Source: Escherichia coli (lineage in GTDB: Bacteria > Pseudomonadota > Gammaproteobacteria > Enterobacterales > Enterobacteriaceae). Taken from it: a stretch of DNA of 64,000 nt. Position 1 is the first letter of the stretch, and each line of letters starts with the position of its first letter. The notes under the pieces are model-generated. The model was given only the letters and a program-made list of their open reading frames with translations. It made no database searches and was not told the origin of the DNA. Location: assembly GCF_041886205.1 (NCBI RefSeq), contig NZ_CP169029.1; one strand, 5' to 3'. A program made the position numbers and the translations under genes. Positions 44,373 to 55,873 of the stretch are shown piece by piece.

Positions 44373-45794
44373 ATGATGAGCAAAATAAACCAAACGGATA
44401 TCGATCGGTTGATTGAACTGGTCGGCGGGCGCGGCAATATTGCGACGGTGAGCCACTGTATTACTCGCCTGCGCTTTGTCCTCAACCAACCGGCCAATGC
44501 CAGACCGAAAGAAATTGAGCAACTCCCCATGGTGAAAGGCTGTTTCACCAATGCCGGGCAATTTCAGGTGGTGATTGGCACCAATGTGGGTGATTACTAT
44601 CAAGCACTGATTGCGTCAACCGGACAGGCGCAGGTTGATAAAGAGCAGGTAAAAAAAGCCGCCCGGCAGAATATGAAATGGCATGAGCAGTTGATCTCTC
44701 ATTTCGCGGAGATCTTCTTCCCGTTGCTGCCCGCGTTGATTAGCGGCGGTTTGATCCTCGGTTTTCGCAATGTGATCGGCGATTTGCCCATGAGCAACGG
44801 TCAAACGCTGGCGCAAATGTACCCTTCCCTGCAAACGATCTACGATTTTCTGTGGTTGATCGGTGAAGCGATCTTCTTCTACCTGCCGGTCGGGATTTGC
44901 TGGTCAGCGGTGAAAAAAATGGGCGGCACGCCGATCCTTGGTATCGTACTTGGCGTAACGCTGGTTTCTCCACAGCTGATGAACGCTTATCTGCTCGGGC
45001 AGCAGCTGCCGGAAGTGTGGGACTTTGGCATGTTCAGCATCGCCAAAGTAGGCTATCAGGCGCAGGTGATCCCGGCACTGTTAGCCGGGCTGGCGCTGGG
45101 CGTTATTGAAACTCGCCTTAAACGCATCGTGCCGGATTACCTCTATCTGGTGGTGGTGCCCGTCTGTTCGCTGATCCTCGCGGTGTTCCTCGCCCATGCG
45201 CTGATTGGTCCGTTTGGACGCATGATTGGCGATGGCGTTGCCTTTGCGGTACGTCACCTGATGACCGGCAGCTTTGCACCTATTGGCGCAGCATTGTTTG
45301 GCTTCCTGTACGCCCCGCTGGTGATCACCGGTGTACACCAGACCACGCTTGCTATTGATTTGCAGATGATTCAAAGCATGGGTGGTACGCCAGTGTGGCC
45401 GCTGATTGCGCTGTCGAATATCGCTCAGGGCTCCGCCGTGATAGGCATTATCATTTCCAGCCGCAAGCACAATGAACGCGAGATCTCCGTGCCTGCCGCT
45501 ATCTCCGCCTGGCTTGGGGTCACTGAGCCTGCAATGTACGGCATCAACCTGAAATATCGCTTCCCGATGCTGTGCGCGATGATTGGTTCTGGTCTGGCAG
45601 GATTGCTATGCGGCCTGAACGGCGTTATGGCGAATGGCATCGGCGTAGGCGGCCTGCCGGGAATTCTCTCGATTCAACCGAGCTACTGGCAGGTGTTTGC
45701 GCTGGCAATGGCTATCGCCATCATCATCCCGATTGTACTCACCTCGTTTATCTATCAGCGGAAATACCGCCTGGGCACGCTGGACATTGTTTAA
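44373..45794 (+). CDS. treB: PTS trehalose-specific EIIBC component
   Basis: 473 aa MMSKINQTDIDRLIELVGGRGNIATVSHCITRLRF... (EIIB Cys motif) followed by EIIC membrane domain. Confidence 0.95.
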   Translation: MMSKINQTDIDRLIELVGGRGNIATVSHCITRLRFVLNQPANARPKEIEQLPMVKGCFTNAGQFQVVIGTNVGDYYQALIASTGQAQVDKEQVKKAARQNMKWHEQLISHFAEIFFPLLPALISGGLILGFRNVIGDLPMSNGQTLAQMYPSLQTIYDFLWLIGEAIFFYLPVGICWSAVKKMGGTPILGIVLGVTLVSPQLMNAYLLGQQLPEVWDFGMFSIAKVGYQAQVIPALLAGLALGVIETRLKRIVPDYLYLVVVPVCSLILAVFLAHALIGPFGRMIGDGVAFAVRHLMTGSFAPIGAALFGFLYAPLVITGVHQTTLAIDLQMIQSMGGTPVWPLIALSNIAQGSAVIGIIISSRKHNEREISVPAAISAWLGVTEPAMYGINLKYRFPMLCAMIGSGLAGLLCGLNGVMANGIGVGGLPGILSIQPSYWQVFALAMAIAIIIPIVLTSFIYQRKYRLGTLDIV

Positions 45795-45843
45795 TTTTCT
45801 TCGGGGCGCAATTGCGCCCCCTCGCATTCGCAGGAATAACGTA

Positions 45844-47499
45844 ATGACTAATCTTCCCCACTGGTGGCAAAACGGCGTTATCTACCAGATTTATCCAAAG
45901 AGTTTTCAGGACACCACGGGTAGCGGTACCGGCGATTTACGTGGCGTTATCCAACGCCTGGACTATCTGCATAAACTGGGCGTTGATGCCATCTGGCTAA
46001 CCCCCTTTTATGTCTCTCCCCAGGTCGATAACGGTTACGACGTAGCGAACTATACGGCGATTGATCCCACCTACGGCACGCTGGACGATTTTGACGAACT
46101 GGTGACGCAGGCAAAATCGCGCGGGATTCGTATCATTCTCGATATGGTGTTTAACCATACCTCTACCCAACATGCCTGGTTTCGCGAGGCGCTGAACAAA
46201 GAAAGCCCTTACCGCCAGTTTTATATCTGGCGCGATGGCGAACCAGAAACGCCACCGAATAACTGGCGTTCAAAATTTGGCGGTAGTGCGTGGCGCTGGC
46301 ATGCGGAAAGCGAACAGTACTATTTGCATCTCTTTGCACCAGAACAGGCGGATCTCAATTGGGAGAATCCAGCGGTACGCGCAGAGCTGAAAAAAGTCTG
46401 TGAATTCTGGGCCGATCGTGGGGTCGATGGGTTGCGCCTGGATGTGGTGAATCTGATCTCCAAAGACCCGCGTTTCCCTGAAGACCTGGATGGCGACGGG
46501 CGTCGCTTCTACACCGACGGGCCACGAGCACACGAGTTTTTGCACGAGATGAACCGCGATGTGTTTACGCCACGCGGGTTAATGACCGTAGGTGAAATGT
46601 CCTCCACCAGCCTTGAGCATTGCCAGCGATACGCGGCACTGGCAGGCAGTGAATTATCGATGACCTTTAATTTTCATCACCTGAAGGTCGATTATCCCGG
46701 TGGTGAAAAATGGACGCTGGCTAAACCTGACTTTGTGGCGTTGAAAACATTGTTCCGCCACTGGCAACAAGGAATGCACAACGTAGCATGGAATGCCTTG
46801 TTCTGGTGTAACCACGATCAGCCGCGCATTGTTTCTCGCTTTGGTGATGAAGGTGAATACCGCGTGCCTGCGGCAAAAATGCTAGCGATGGTGCTGCATG
46901 GCATGCAGGGAACGCCGTATATCTACCAGGGCGAAGAGATTGGCATGACCAACCCGCATTTCACGCGCATTACTGACTATCGCGACGTGGAGAGCCTCAA
47001 TATGTTTGCCGAGCTGCGCAACGATGGGCGTGATGCCGACGAGTTATTGGCAATCCTCGCCAGTAAATCCCGTGACAACAGCCGCACGCCCATGCAATGG
47101 AGCAACGGCGATAATGCCGGGTTTACGGCTGGCGAACCGTGGATTGGCCTGGGCGATAACTATCAACAAATCAACGTAGAAGCCGCGCTGGCCGATGATT
47201 CCTCGGTGTTTTACACCTACCAAAAGTTAATCGCACTGCGTAAGCAGGAAGCCATCCTGACATGGGGCAATTACCAGGATCTGCTGCCAAACAGCCCTGT
47301 ATTGTGGTGCTATCGCCGTGAATGGAAGGGGCAAACCTTGCTGGTCATTGCCAACCTTAGCCGTGAGATCCAACCCTGGCAGCCAGGGCAAATGCGCGGC
47401 AACTGGCAGCTTGTGATGCATAACTACGAAGAAGCCTCACCACAACCCTGTGCCATGAATTTACGGCCTTTTGAGGCTGTCTGGTGGTTACAGAAGTAA
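45844..47499 (+). CDS. treC: Trehalose-6-phosphate hydrolase (GH13)
   Basis: Translation from MTNLPHWWQNGVIYQIYPKSFQD...; GH13 motifs (DAIWLTP, GLRLDVV, NHD). Confidence 0.95.
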   Translation: MTNLPHWWQNGVIYQIYPKSFQDTTGSGTGDLRGVIQRLDYLHKLGVDAIWLTPFYVSPQVDNGYDVANYTAIDPTYGTLDDFDELVTQAKSRGIRIILDMVFNHTSTQHAWFREALNKESPYRQFYIWRDGEPETPPNNWRSKFGGSAWRWHAESEQYYLHLFAPEQADLNWENPAVRAELKKVCEFWADRGVDGLRLDVVNLISKDPRFPEDLDGDGRRFYTDGPRAHEFLHEMNRDVFTPRGLMTVGEMSSTSLEHCQRYAALAGSELSMTFNFHHLKVDYPGGEKWTLAKPDFVALKTLFRHWQQGMHNVAWNALFWCNHDQPRIVSRFGDEGEYRVPAAKMLAMVLHGMQGTPYIYQGEEIGMTNPHFTRITDYRDVESLNMFAELRNDGRDADELLAILASKSRDNSRTPMQWSNGDNAGFTAGEPWIGLGDNYQQINVEAALADDSSVFYTYQKLIALRKQEAILTWGNYQDLLPNSPVLWCYRREWKGQTLLVIANLSREIQPWQPGQMRGNWQLVMHNYEEASPQPCAMNLRPFEAVWWLQK

Positions 47500-47512
47500 A
47501 TCTTCCCTAAGC

Positions 47513-47542
47513 CCCGGTAATGCCGGTCATTCCGGGGTTTTG
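47513..47542 (+). terminator. Rho-independent terminator after treC
   Basis: ccccgg taatgccggtcatt ccgggg hairpin followed by tttt. Confidence 0.75.
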
Positions 47543-47643
47543 TCTGTCAGCATGTTGTTTTTGTTGATTTTTCAACCAGCAAATTCATTAAAAAATTTAC
47601 ATAACGCTGTAGCGCCCGTCATCCGTACGCTCTGCTTTTTACT

Positions 47644-47731
47644 TTGAGCTACATCAAAAAAAGTTCAAACATCCTTGATGCAAAGCACTATATATAGACT
47701 TTAAAATGCGTCCCAACCCAATATGTTGTAT
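47644..47731 (+). promoter_or_regulatory. nrdDG promoter region with FNR-like site and two NrdR-box-like motifs
   Basis: ttgagctacatcaa (TTGAT-N4-ATCAA pattern), gcactatatatagac and cccaatatgttgta upstream of nrdD. Confidence 0.5.
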
Positions 47732-47892
47732 TAATCGACTATAATTGCTACTACAGCTCCCCACGAAAAAGGTGCGGCGTTGTGGATAAGCGGATGGCGA
47801 TTGCGGAAAGCACCGGAAAACGAAACGAAAAAACCGGAAAACGCCTTTCCCAATTTCTGTGGATAACCTGTTCTTAAAAATATGGAGCGATC

Positions 47893-50031
47893 ATGACACC
47901 GCATGTGATGAAACGAGACGGCTGCAAAGTGCCGTTTAAATCAGAGCGCATCAAAGAAGCGATTCTGCGTGCAGCTAAAGCAGCGGAAGTCGATGATGCC
48001 GATTATTGCGCCACTGTTGCTGCGGTTGTCAGCGAGCAGATGCAGGGCCGCAACCAGGTGGATATCAACGAGATCCAGACCGCAGTTGAAAACCAGCTGA
48101 TGTCGGGTCCATACAAACAACTGGCTCGTGCTTACATCGAGTACCGTCACGATCGCGACATTGAACGTGAAAAACGCGGTCGCCTGAACCAGGAGATCCG
48201 TGGTCTGGTCGAGCAGACCAACGCCTCGTTACTCAACGAAAACGCCAACAAAGACAGCAAGGTGATTCCAACCCAGCGCGACCTGCTGGCCGGGATCGTG
48301 GCTAAACACTATGCACGCCAGCACCTGCTGCCGCGTGACGTGGTGCAGGCACATGAGCGTGGCGATATTCACTATCACGATCTCGATTACTCGCCGTTCT
48401 TCCCGATGTTCAACTGCATGTTGATCGACCTGAAAGGCATGCTGACCCAGGGCTTTAAGATGGGGAACGCCGAGATTGAACCGCCGAAGTCGATCTCTAC
48501 GGCAACCGCGGTAACTGCGCAGATTATTGCTCAGGTCGCCAGCCATATTTATGGCGGCACCACCATTAACCGTATCGATGAAGTGCTGGCACCGTTTGTC
48601 ACCGCCAGCTACAACAAACATCGCAAGACCGCAGAAGAGTGGAACATCCCGGACGCCGAAGGCTACGCTAACTCTCGTACCATTAAAGAGTGCTACGATG
48701 CCTTCCAGTCGCTGGAGTACGAAGTAAACACCCTGCACACCGCCAACGGTCAGACGCCGTTTGTAACCTTTGGTTTTGGTCTGGGCACCAGCTGGGAATC
48801 GCGCCTGATTCAGGAATCTATCCTGCGTAACCGTATCGCAGGCCTCGGTAAAAACCGTAAAACTGCGGTGTTCCCGAAACTGGTGTTTGCGATTCGCGAT
48901 GGTCTGAACCATAAAAAAGGCGATCCGAACTACGACATCAAACAGCTGGCGCTGGAGTGCGCAAGCAAGCGCATGTATCCGGATATCCTGAACTACGATC
49001 AGGTAGTGAAAGTCACCGGTTCGTTTAAAACCCCGATGGGCTGCCGCAGCTTCCTCGGCGTGTGGGAAAATGAAAACGGCGAGCAGATCCACGATGGTCG
49101 TAACAACCTCGGCGTGATCAGCCTGAACTTGCCGCGTATTGCTCTGGAAGCAAAAGGCGATGAAGCCACCTTCTGGAAGCTGCTGGATGAACGTCTGGTG
49201 CTGGCACGTAAGGCGCTGATGACCCGTATCGCTCGTCTCGAAGGCGTGAAAGCGCGCGTGGCCCCGATCCTCTATATGGAAGGTGCTTGTGGCGTGCGTC
49301 TCAATGCTGACGATGATGTTTCTGAAATCTTCAAAAACGGTCGTGCGTCTATTTCGCTGGGTTACATCGGCATCCACGAAACCATTAACGCGCTGTTCGG
49401 CGGCGAGCATGTTTACGACAACGAGCAGCTTCGCGCGAAAGGTATCGCCATTGTTGAACGTCTGCGTCAGGCAGTGGATAAGTGGAAAGAAGAAACGGGT
49501 TATGGTTTCAGTCTCTACAGCACGCCGAGTGAAAACCTGTGCGACCGCTTCTGCCGTCTCGATACTGCTGAGTTTGGCGTGGTGCCGGGCGTGACCGATA
49601 AAGGTTACTACACCAACAGTTTCCACCTCGATGTGGAGAAGAAGGTGAACCCGTACGACAAGATCGACTTTGAAGCGCCTTACCCGCCGCTGGCGAACGG
49701 TGGTTTCATTTGCTACGGCGAGTATCCAAACATTCAGCACAACCTGAAGGCGCTGGAAGATGTCTGGGATTACAGCTATCAGCATGTACCGTATTACGGC
49801 ACCAATACACCGATTGATGAGTGCTACGAGTGTGGCTTTACCGGTGAGTTCGAGTGCACCAGCAAAGGCTTCACTTGCCCGAAATGTGGTAACCATGACG
49901 CCTCCCGTGTGTCGGTGACTCGCCGCGTGTGCGGATATTTAGGTAGCCCGGATGCACGTCCATTTAACGCCGGTAAGCAGGAAGAAGTTAAGCGCCGCGT
50001 TAAACATTTGGGGAATGGGCAGATAGGTTAA
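47893..50031 (+). CDS. nrdD: Anaerobic ribonucleoside-triphosphate reductase
   Basis: 712 aa; N-terminal ATP-cone, C-terminal glycyl-radical region and Zn-ribbon CYECGFTGEFECTSKGFTCPKCG. Confidence 0.97.
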   Translation: MTPHVMKRDGCKVPFKSERIKEAILRAAKAAEVDDADYCATVAAVVSEQMQGRNQVDINEIQTAVENQLMSGPYKQLARAYIEYRHDRDIEREKRGRLNQEIRGLVEQTNASLLNENANKDSKVIPTQRDLLAGIVAKHYARQHLLPRDVVQAHERGDIHYHDLDYSPFFPMFNCMLIDLKGMLTQGFKMGNAEIEPPKSISTATAVTAQIIAQVASHIYGGTTINRIDEVLAPFVTASYNKHRKTAEEWNIPDAEGYANSRTIKECYDAFQSLEYEVNTLHTANGQTPFVTFGFGLGTSWESRLIQESILRNRIAGLGKNRKTAVFPKLVFAIRDGLNHKKGDPNYDIKQLALECASKRMYPDILNYDQVVKVTGSFKTPMGCRSFLGVWENENGEQIHDGRNNLGVISLNLPRIALEAKGDEATFWKLLDERLVLARKALMTRIARLEGVKARVAPILYMEGACGVRLNADDDVSEIFKNGRASISLGYIGIHETINALFGGEHVYDNEQLRAKGIAIVERLRQAVDKWKEETGYGFSLYSTPSENLCDRFCRLDTAEFGVVPGVTDKGYYTNSFHLDVEKKVNPYDKIDFEAPYPPLANGGFICYGEYPNIQHNLKALEDVWDYSYQHVPYYGTNTPIDECYECGFTGEFECTSKGFTCPKCGNHDASRVSVTRRVCGYLGSPDARPFNAGKQEEVKRRVKHLGNGQIG

Positions 50032-50053
50032 TCTTCACTCTGCGCTAAGCAAA

Positions 50054-50140
<87 letters not shown>

Positions 50141-50188
50141 TGATTACCGGATGCATCCTATACGCGGACTGATAAGCCAGGCGAAACA

Positions 50189-50653
50189 ATGAATTATCAT
50201 CAGTACTATCCTGTCGACATCGTCAACGGCCCCGGCACTCGCTGCACCCTGTTTGTCTCCGGGTGTGTTCATGAATGCCCCGGTTGCTATAACAAAAGCA
50301 CATGGCGGGTAAATTCTGGTCAGCCATTTACCAAAGCAATGGAAGACCAGATCATTAACGATCTGAATGACACTCGTATCAAACGCCAGGGGATTTCCCT
50401 CTCCGGCGGCGATCCGCTGCATCCGCAAAACGTGCCGGATATTCTGAAACTGGTAAAACGCATCCGCGCCGAGTGTCCGGATAAAGACATCTGGGTGTGG
50501 ACAGGCTATAAACTCGACGATCTCAACGCTGCGCAAATGCAGGTTGTTGATTTGATTAACGTACTGGTCGACGGCAAATTTGTGCAGGATTTAAAAGACC
50601 CTTCCCTGATCTGGCGCGGCAGCAGCAATCAGGTGGTGCATCATTTGCGATGA
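50189..50653 (+). CDS. nrdG: Anaerobic ribonucleotide reductase activating protein (radical SAM)
   Basis: 154 aa; radical-SAM cysteine cluster CVHECPGCYN. Confidence 0.95.
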   Translation: MNYHQYYPVDIVNGPGTRCTLFVSGCVHECPGCYNKSTWRVNSGQPFTKAMEDQIINDLNDTRIKRQGISLSGGDPLHPQNVPDILKLVKRIRAECPDKDIWVWTGYKLDDLNAAQMQVVDLINVLVDGKFVQDLKDPSLIWRGSSNQVVHHLR

Positions 50654-50697
50654 TAAGTTCCCTGTTACCTGAGTGCAGGCAACAGGGAAATGAGGAA

Positions 50698-51087
<390 letters not shown>

Positions 51088-51138
51088 TCACTTCCTTTTT
51101 TATTATGAAGATTTGGCGCGGCAGGTCGCGCCAGTTTT

Positions 51139-52491
51139 TTACTGCCCGGCGATTTTCATCTCCGGCAACAGCACAGAACCACACTGTATATTACTGCGTG
51201 TTTCAATATCGTTACCGACGGTGACAATATTGCGCCACATATCTTTTAAATTACCTGCGATGGTGATTTCGCTAACCGGATACTGAATTTCGCCGTTTTC
51301 TACCCAGAAGCCCGCCGCACCACGGGAATAATCACCGGTAATTGCACTCACGCCCTGGCCCATCAGCTCCGTCACCACCAGCCCGGTGCCCATCTCTTTG
51401 AGCATTTGTTCGAAGCTTAGCCCTTGTCCGGCAATCCGCCAGTTGTGAATACCGCCCGCATGTCCGGTGCTTTTCAGCCCCAGTTTTCGCGCCGAATAGC
51501 TGGTCAGCAGCCACTGAGTCAGGATGCCATCTTTAATAATATCGCGACGCTCGGTGCGCACACCTTCGCTGTCAAATGGCGTCGATGCCAGCCCTTTCAG
51601 CAGATGCGGATGCTCTTCAATGGTCAGCCAGTCCGGCAGAATTTGTTTACCCAGCGAATCCAGCAGGAAGGTAGATTTACGGTAAACCGCTCCACCCGCT
51701 ATCGCCCCCACCAGATGCCCAAAAAGCCCGGTTGCCACTTCATTGGCAAAAATGACCGGCGCTTTCATGGTGGAGAGTTTACGCGGTGACAGGCGCGATA
51801 AAGTACGGCGAGCACAGTCGGCCCCAACCCACTCTGGCGTTTGCAGATCGCTCATCGCACGACCAATGGTGTAGGCGTAATCACGCTCCATATCGCCATT
51901 TTCTTCGGCAATTACACAGCTGGAGAGCGAATGACGCGTAGAGCAGTAACCCTGCAACATGCCGTGGCTGTTGCCAAAAACTTTGACACCGTAGTGGCTG
52001 TTAAAGCTGCCACCTTCGGTATTGGTGATACGTTTGTCCGCCTGTAATGCTGCCTGTTCTGCGCGGGCCGCCAGTTCAATGGCTTCATCCGGGGAAACTT
52101 CCGCAGGGTGGAACAAATCGAGATCCGGTGCCTCAAAGGCCAGCAGCTCTTTGTCTGCCACGCCGGCACAGGGATCTGGCGAGGTATAACGGGCAATATC
52201 CAGCGCCGCCTGTACGGTGCGGGCAATGGCCTGCGGGCTTAAATCGGTGGATGATGCGCTACCTTTGCGGTTCTGGTGATAAACAGTGATCCCCAGCGCG
52301 CCATCGCTATTGAATTCAACATTCTCCACTTCACCATAACGCGTGCTTACGCTAATGCCGGTGGTCTTGCTGACGGCAACTTCCGCACCGTCCGATTTGC
52401 CTGAGGCCAACTCCAGCGCAGTGGAAACTGCTTCTTCCAGAATCTTGCGCTGCGCTTCAACTTGAGAGATTACTTTCATTGCAAGTGCCAT
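51139..52491 (-). CDS. pmbA: Metalloprotease PmbA (TldE)
   Basis: 450 aa; TldD/PmbA family; K-12 synteny. Confidence 0.9.
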   Translation of the reverse strand: MALAMKVISQVEAQRKILEEAVSTALELASGKSDGAEVAVSKTTGISVSTRYGEVENVEFNSDGALGITVYHQNRKGSASSTDLSPQAIARTVQAALDIARYTSPDPCAGVADKELLAFEAPDLDLFHPAEVSPDEAIELAARAEQAALQADKRITNTEGGSFNSHYGVKVFGNSHGMLQGYCSTRHSLSSCVIAEENGDMERDYAYTIGRAMSDLQTPEWVGADCARRTLSRLSPRKLSTMKAPVIFANEVATGLFGHLVGAIAGGAVYRKSTFLLDSLGKQILPDWLTIEEHPHLLKGLASTPFDSEGVRTERRDIIKDGILTQWLLTSYSARKLGLKSTGHAGGIHNWRIAGQGLSFEQMLKEMGTGLVVTELMGQGVSAITGDYSRGAAGFWVENGEIQYPVSEITIAGNLKDMWRNIVTVGNDIETRSNIQCGSVLLPEMKIAGQ

Positions 52492-52584
52492 AATGTAGAG
52501 AGTTTCTCTGAAGTCTAACAGAGAACCGTTTTTCAGTGCGCATCTTAACTGGTAACATTAGCCTCTTTTTTTAAGGAGCCTGAG

Positions 52585-53136
52585 ATGACTAAGCAGCCCG
52601 AAGACTGGCTCGACGACGTTCCCGGTGATGACATCGAAGACGAAGACGATGAAATTATCTGGGTCAGTAAAAGTGAAATTAAACGTGATGCCGAGGAGCT
52701 AAAACGCCTTGGCGCGGAAATTGTTGATCTGGGGAAAAACGCGCTGGATAAGATCCCGTTAGATGCGGATCTGCGCGCGGCTATTGAGCTCGCCCAGCGT
52801 ATTAAGATGGAAGGTCGCCGCCGCCAGTTGCAGCTCATCGGTAAGATGCTGCGCCAGCGCGACGTAGAGCCTATTCGTCAGGCGCTGGATAAGCTGAAAA
52901 ACCGTCACAACCAGCAGGTGGTGCTGTTCCATAAACTGGAAAACCTGCGCGATCGTCTGATCGATCAAGGTGATGACGCCATCGCTGAAGTATTGAATCT
53001 GTGGCCCGATGCCGATCGTCAGCAGCTGCGTACTCTGATCCGCAACGCGAAGAAAGAGAAAGAAGGGAATAAGCCGCCGAAATCCGCACGCCAGATTTTC
53101 CAGTATCTGCGCGAACTGGCGGAGAATGAAGGGTAA
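52585..53136 (+). CDS. yjgA: Ribosome-associated protein YjgA (DarP, DUF615)
   Basis: 183 aa, acidic N-terminus and basic C-terminus; K-12 synteny. Confidence 0.8.
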
Positions 53137-53159
53137 TTTTCGTTGTTGATGTGAGTATG

Positions 53160-53280
53160 GTTTGCCGGATGCGGTGCACCTGTAGGCCTGATAAGACGCA
53201 TCAAGCGTCGCATCAGGCACTATGCTCAAATGCCGGATGCGGCGTGAACGCCTTATCCGGCCTACGCACACTATATCAGG
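53160..53280. repeat. REP elements (BIME) between yjgA and mpl
   Basis: tgccggatgcggtgcacctgtaggcctgataagacgcatcaagcgtcgcatcaggc ... gccggatgcggcgtgaacgccttatccggcctac. Confidence 0.8.
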
Positions 53281-53291
53281 CTAAGGCCGAA

Positions 53292-54665
53292 TTACTGCGC
53301 GGCTTCCGCCTTCTTCGCCAGACCATCCAGCAGTTTCTGATGGATCCCACCAAAACCGCCGTTGCTCATCACCAGAATATGGTCGCCAGGCTGAGCGGTT
53401 TTCACCACCATATCTGCCAGCGTATCCACATCGCCACTCCAGTGTGCAGGCTGAACGCAGGCTTCTGCCACTTCTGCCACCTGCCACGGAATATGCGCTG
53501 GTTGCAGCAGGAAGACTTCATCGGCACGACCTAATGAAGGTGCCAGATCGTCTTTGCAGATCCCCATTTTCATGGTATTCGAGCGCGGTTCCAGCACAGC
53601 AATAATGCGCGCCGTACCGCCAACTTTGCCACGCAGCGCCGCAAGCGTTGCCAGAATCGCCGTCGGGTGATGGGCAAAATCGTCATATACCGTGACGCCA
53701 TTCGCTTCACCACGCAACTCCAGACGGCGGCGAGCGTTAATAAACGAACCCAGCGCGTTAGCGGCATCTGCCGGCGCTACACCAACATGGCGAGCCGCCG
53801 CAATCGCCATCAGGCCATTGTGCATATTATGTTCGCCTACCAGCGACCATTTCACTTCGCCCACTTTTTCGCCATCCAGCAAGACTTCCCATTCGGAAGC
53901 ATCGGTGGTCAGCTTTTTCGCCTGCCAGTGACCCTGCTCACCCACCAGCTCCTGCTCGCTCCAGCAGCCCATCGCCATGGTCTGTTTCAGGTTGATGTCG
54001 TTTTCCGGCCAGATAATACGGCCCTGCCCCGGAACGATACGCACCAGATGGTGGAACTGTTTCTGGATCGCTTTCAGGTCGTCAAAGATATCGGCGTGAT
54101 CGAACTCAAGGTTGTTGAGGATCAGCGTACGCGGGCAGTAATGGACAAATTTAGAGCGTTTGTCGAAGAAGGCGCAGTCATACTCATCCGCTTCGATAAC
54201 AAAGAAGTCGCTTTCGCCCAGACGCGCCGAAACCTCAAAGTTCCCCGGCACACCGCCGATCACAAATCCCGGTTTGTAACCGCACTGTTCCAGAATCCAG
54301 GTCGCCATTCCCGCGGTGGTAGTTTTGCCGTGTGTACCGGCAACGGCCAGCACCCAGCGGTCGCGCAGCACAAAATCGTGCAGCCACTGCGGACCTGACA
54401 TATAAGGGATGTTTTTTTCCAGTACCGCTTCCACACACGGATTTCCACGGGTCATGGCGTTGCCAATAATCACCAGATCCGGCTGCGGATCGAGCTGGCT
54501 GGCATCGTAACCCTGAATCAGTTCAATGCCTTGCTTCTCAAGTAAGGTGCTCATCGGCGGATACACATTGGCGTCCGAACCCGTTACTTCATGGCCTAAC
54601 TGGCGCGCCAGCATCGCCAGACCGCCCATAAACGTGCCACAAATTCCTAAAATATGAATGCGCAT
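53292..54665 (-). CDS. mpl: UDP-N-acetylmuramate:L-alanyl-gamma-D-glutamyl-meso-DAP ligase (murein peptide ligase)
   Basis: 457 aa; Mur ligase family motifs (GTHGKTTT). Confidence 0.95.
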
Positions 54666-54840
54666 ACGTCACTATCCTTTTTTAATCTGCCGCTCATTTT
54701 ACGCATATGTCGGGCAAGTGAGAAACGCATTTCAGGATAATCCGCAATTTGCTGGCGCGATTCACCTGAGCGCAACATTCCGATTATTTGTTAAGATTGT
54801 TACGGTCGCTTTACTCCATAAACATTGCAGGGAAAGTTTT

Positions 54841-55839
54841 ATGAAAACGTTAGGTGAATTTATTGTCGAAAAGCAGCACGAGTTTTCTCATGCTACCGGT
54901 GAGCTCACTGCTTTGCTGTCGGCAATAAAACTGGGCGCCAAGATTATCCATCGCGATATCAACAAAGCAGGACTGGTTGATATCCTGGGTGCCAGCGGTG
55001 CTGAGAACGTGCAGGGCGAGGTTCAGCAAAAACTCGACTTGTTCGCTAATGAAAAACTGAAAGCCGCACTGAAAGCACGCGATATCGTTGCGGGCATTGC
55101 CTCTGAAGAAGAAGATGAGATTGTCGTCTTTGAAGGCTGTGAACATGCAAAATACGTGGTGCTGATGGACCCACTGGATGGCTCGTCCAACATCGATGTT
55201 AACGTCTCTGTCGGTACCATTTTCTCCATCTACCGCCGCGTTACGCCCGTCGGCACGCCGGTAACGGAAGAAGATTTCCTCCAGCCTGGTAACAAACAGG
55301 TTGCGGCAGGTTACGTGGTATACGGCTCCTCTACCATGCTGGTTTACACCACCGGATGCGGTGTTCACGCCTTTACTTACGATCCTTCGCTCGGCGTTTT
55401 CTGCCTGTGCCAGGAACGGATGCGCTTCCCGGAGAAAGGCAAAACCTACTCCATCAACGAAGGAAACTACATTAAGTTTCCGAACGGGGTGAAGAAGTAC
55501 ATTAAATTCTGCCAGGAAGAAGATAAATCCACCAACCGCCCGTATACCTCACGTTATATCGGTTCACTGGTCGCGGATTTCCACCGTAACCTGCTGAAAG
55601 GCGGTATTTATCTCTACCCAAGCACCGCCAGCCACCCGGACGGCAAACTGCGTTTGCTTTATGAGTGCAACCCGATGGCATTCCTGGCGGAACAAGCGGG
55701 CGGTAAAGCGAGCGATGGCAAAGAGCGTATTCTGGATATCATCCCGGAAACTCTGCACCAGCGCCGTTCGTTCTTTGTCGGCAACGACCATATGGTTGAA
55801 GATGTCGAACGCTTTATCCGTGAGTTCCCGGACGCGTAA
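54841..55839 (+). CDS. fbp: Fructose-1,6-bisphosphatase class 1
   Basis: Translation from [29 protein letters not shown]... (332 aa); start at internal Met of the longer listed ORF. Confidence 0.95.
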
Positions 55840-55847
55840 TCTCCTGC

Positions 55848-55873
55848 GCCTCTCCACACGGAGAGGCGTTTTT
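55848..55873 (+). terminator. Rho-independent terminator after fbp
   Basis: cgcctctcc acac ggagaggcg hairpin followed by ttttt. Confidence 0.75.

Noticed and set aside
48229-49896. 555-aa ORF antisense to nrdD
   Set aside because: Entirely embedded antisense within nrdD; no RBS or promoter, and the product is low-complexity and Arg/Val-rich, typical of an antisense artefact.
54658-54840. N-terminal extension of the fbp ORF (393 aa as listed)
   Set aside because: The extension overlaps the mpl start on the opposite strand and lacks an RBS; the start at 54841 (MKTLGEF...) with an upstream aggg-type RBS gives the expected roughly 332-aa enzyme.
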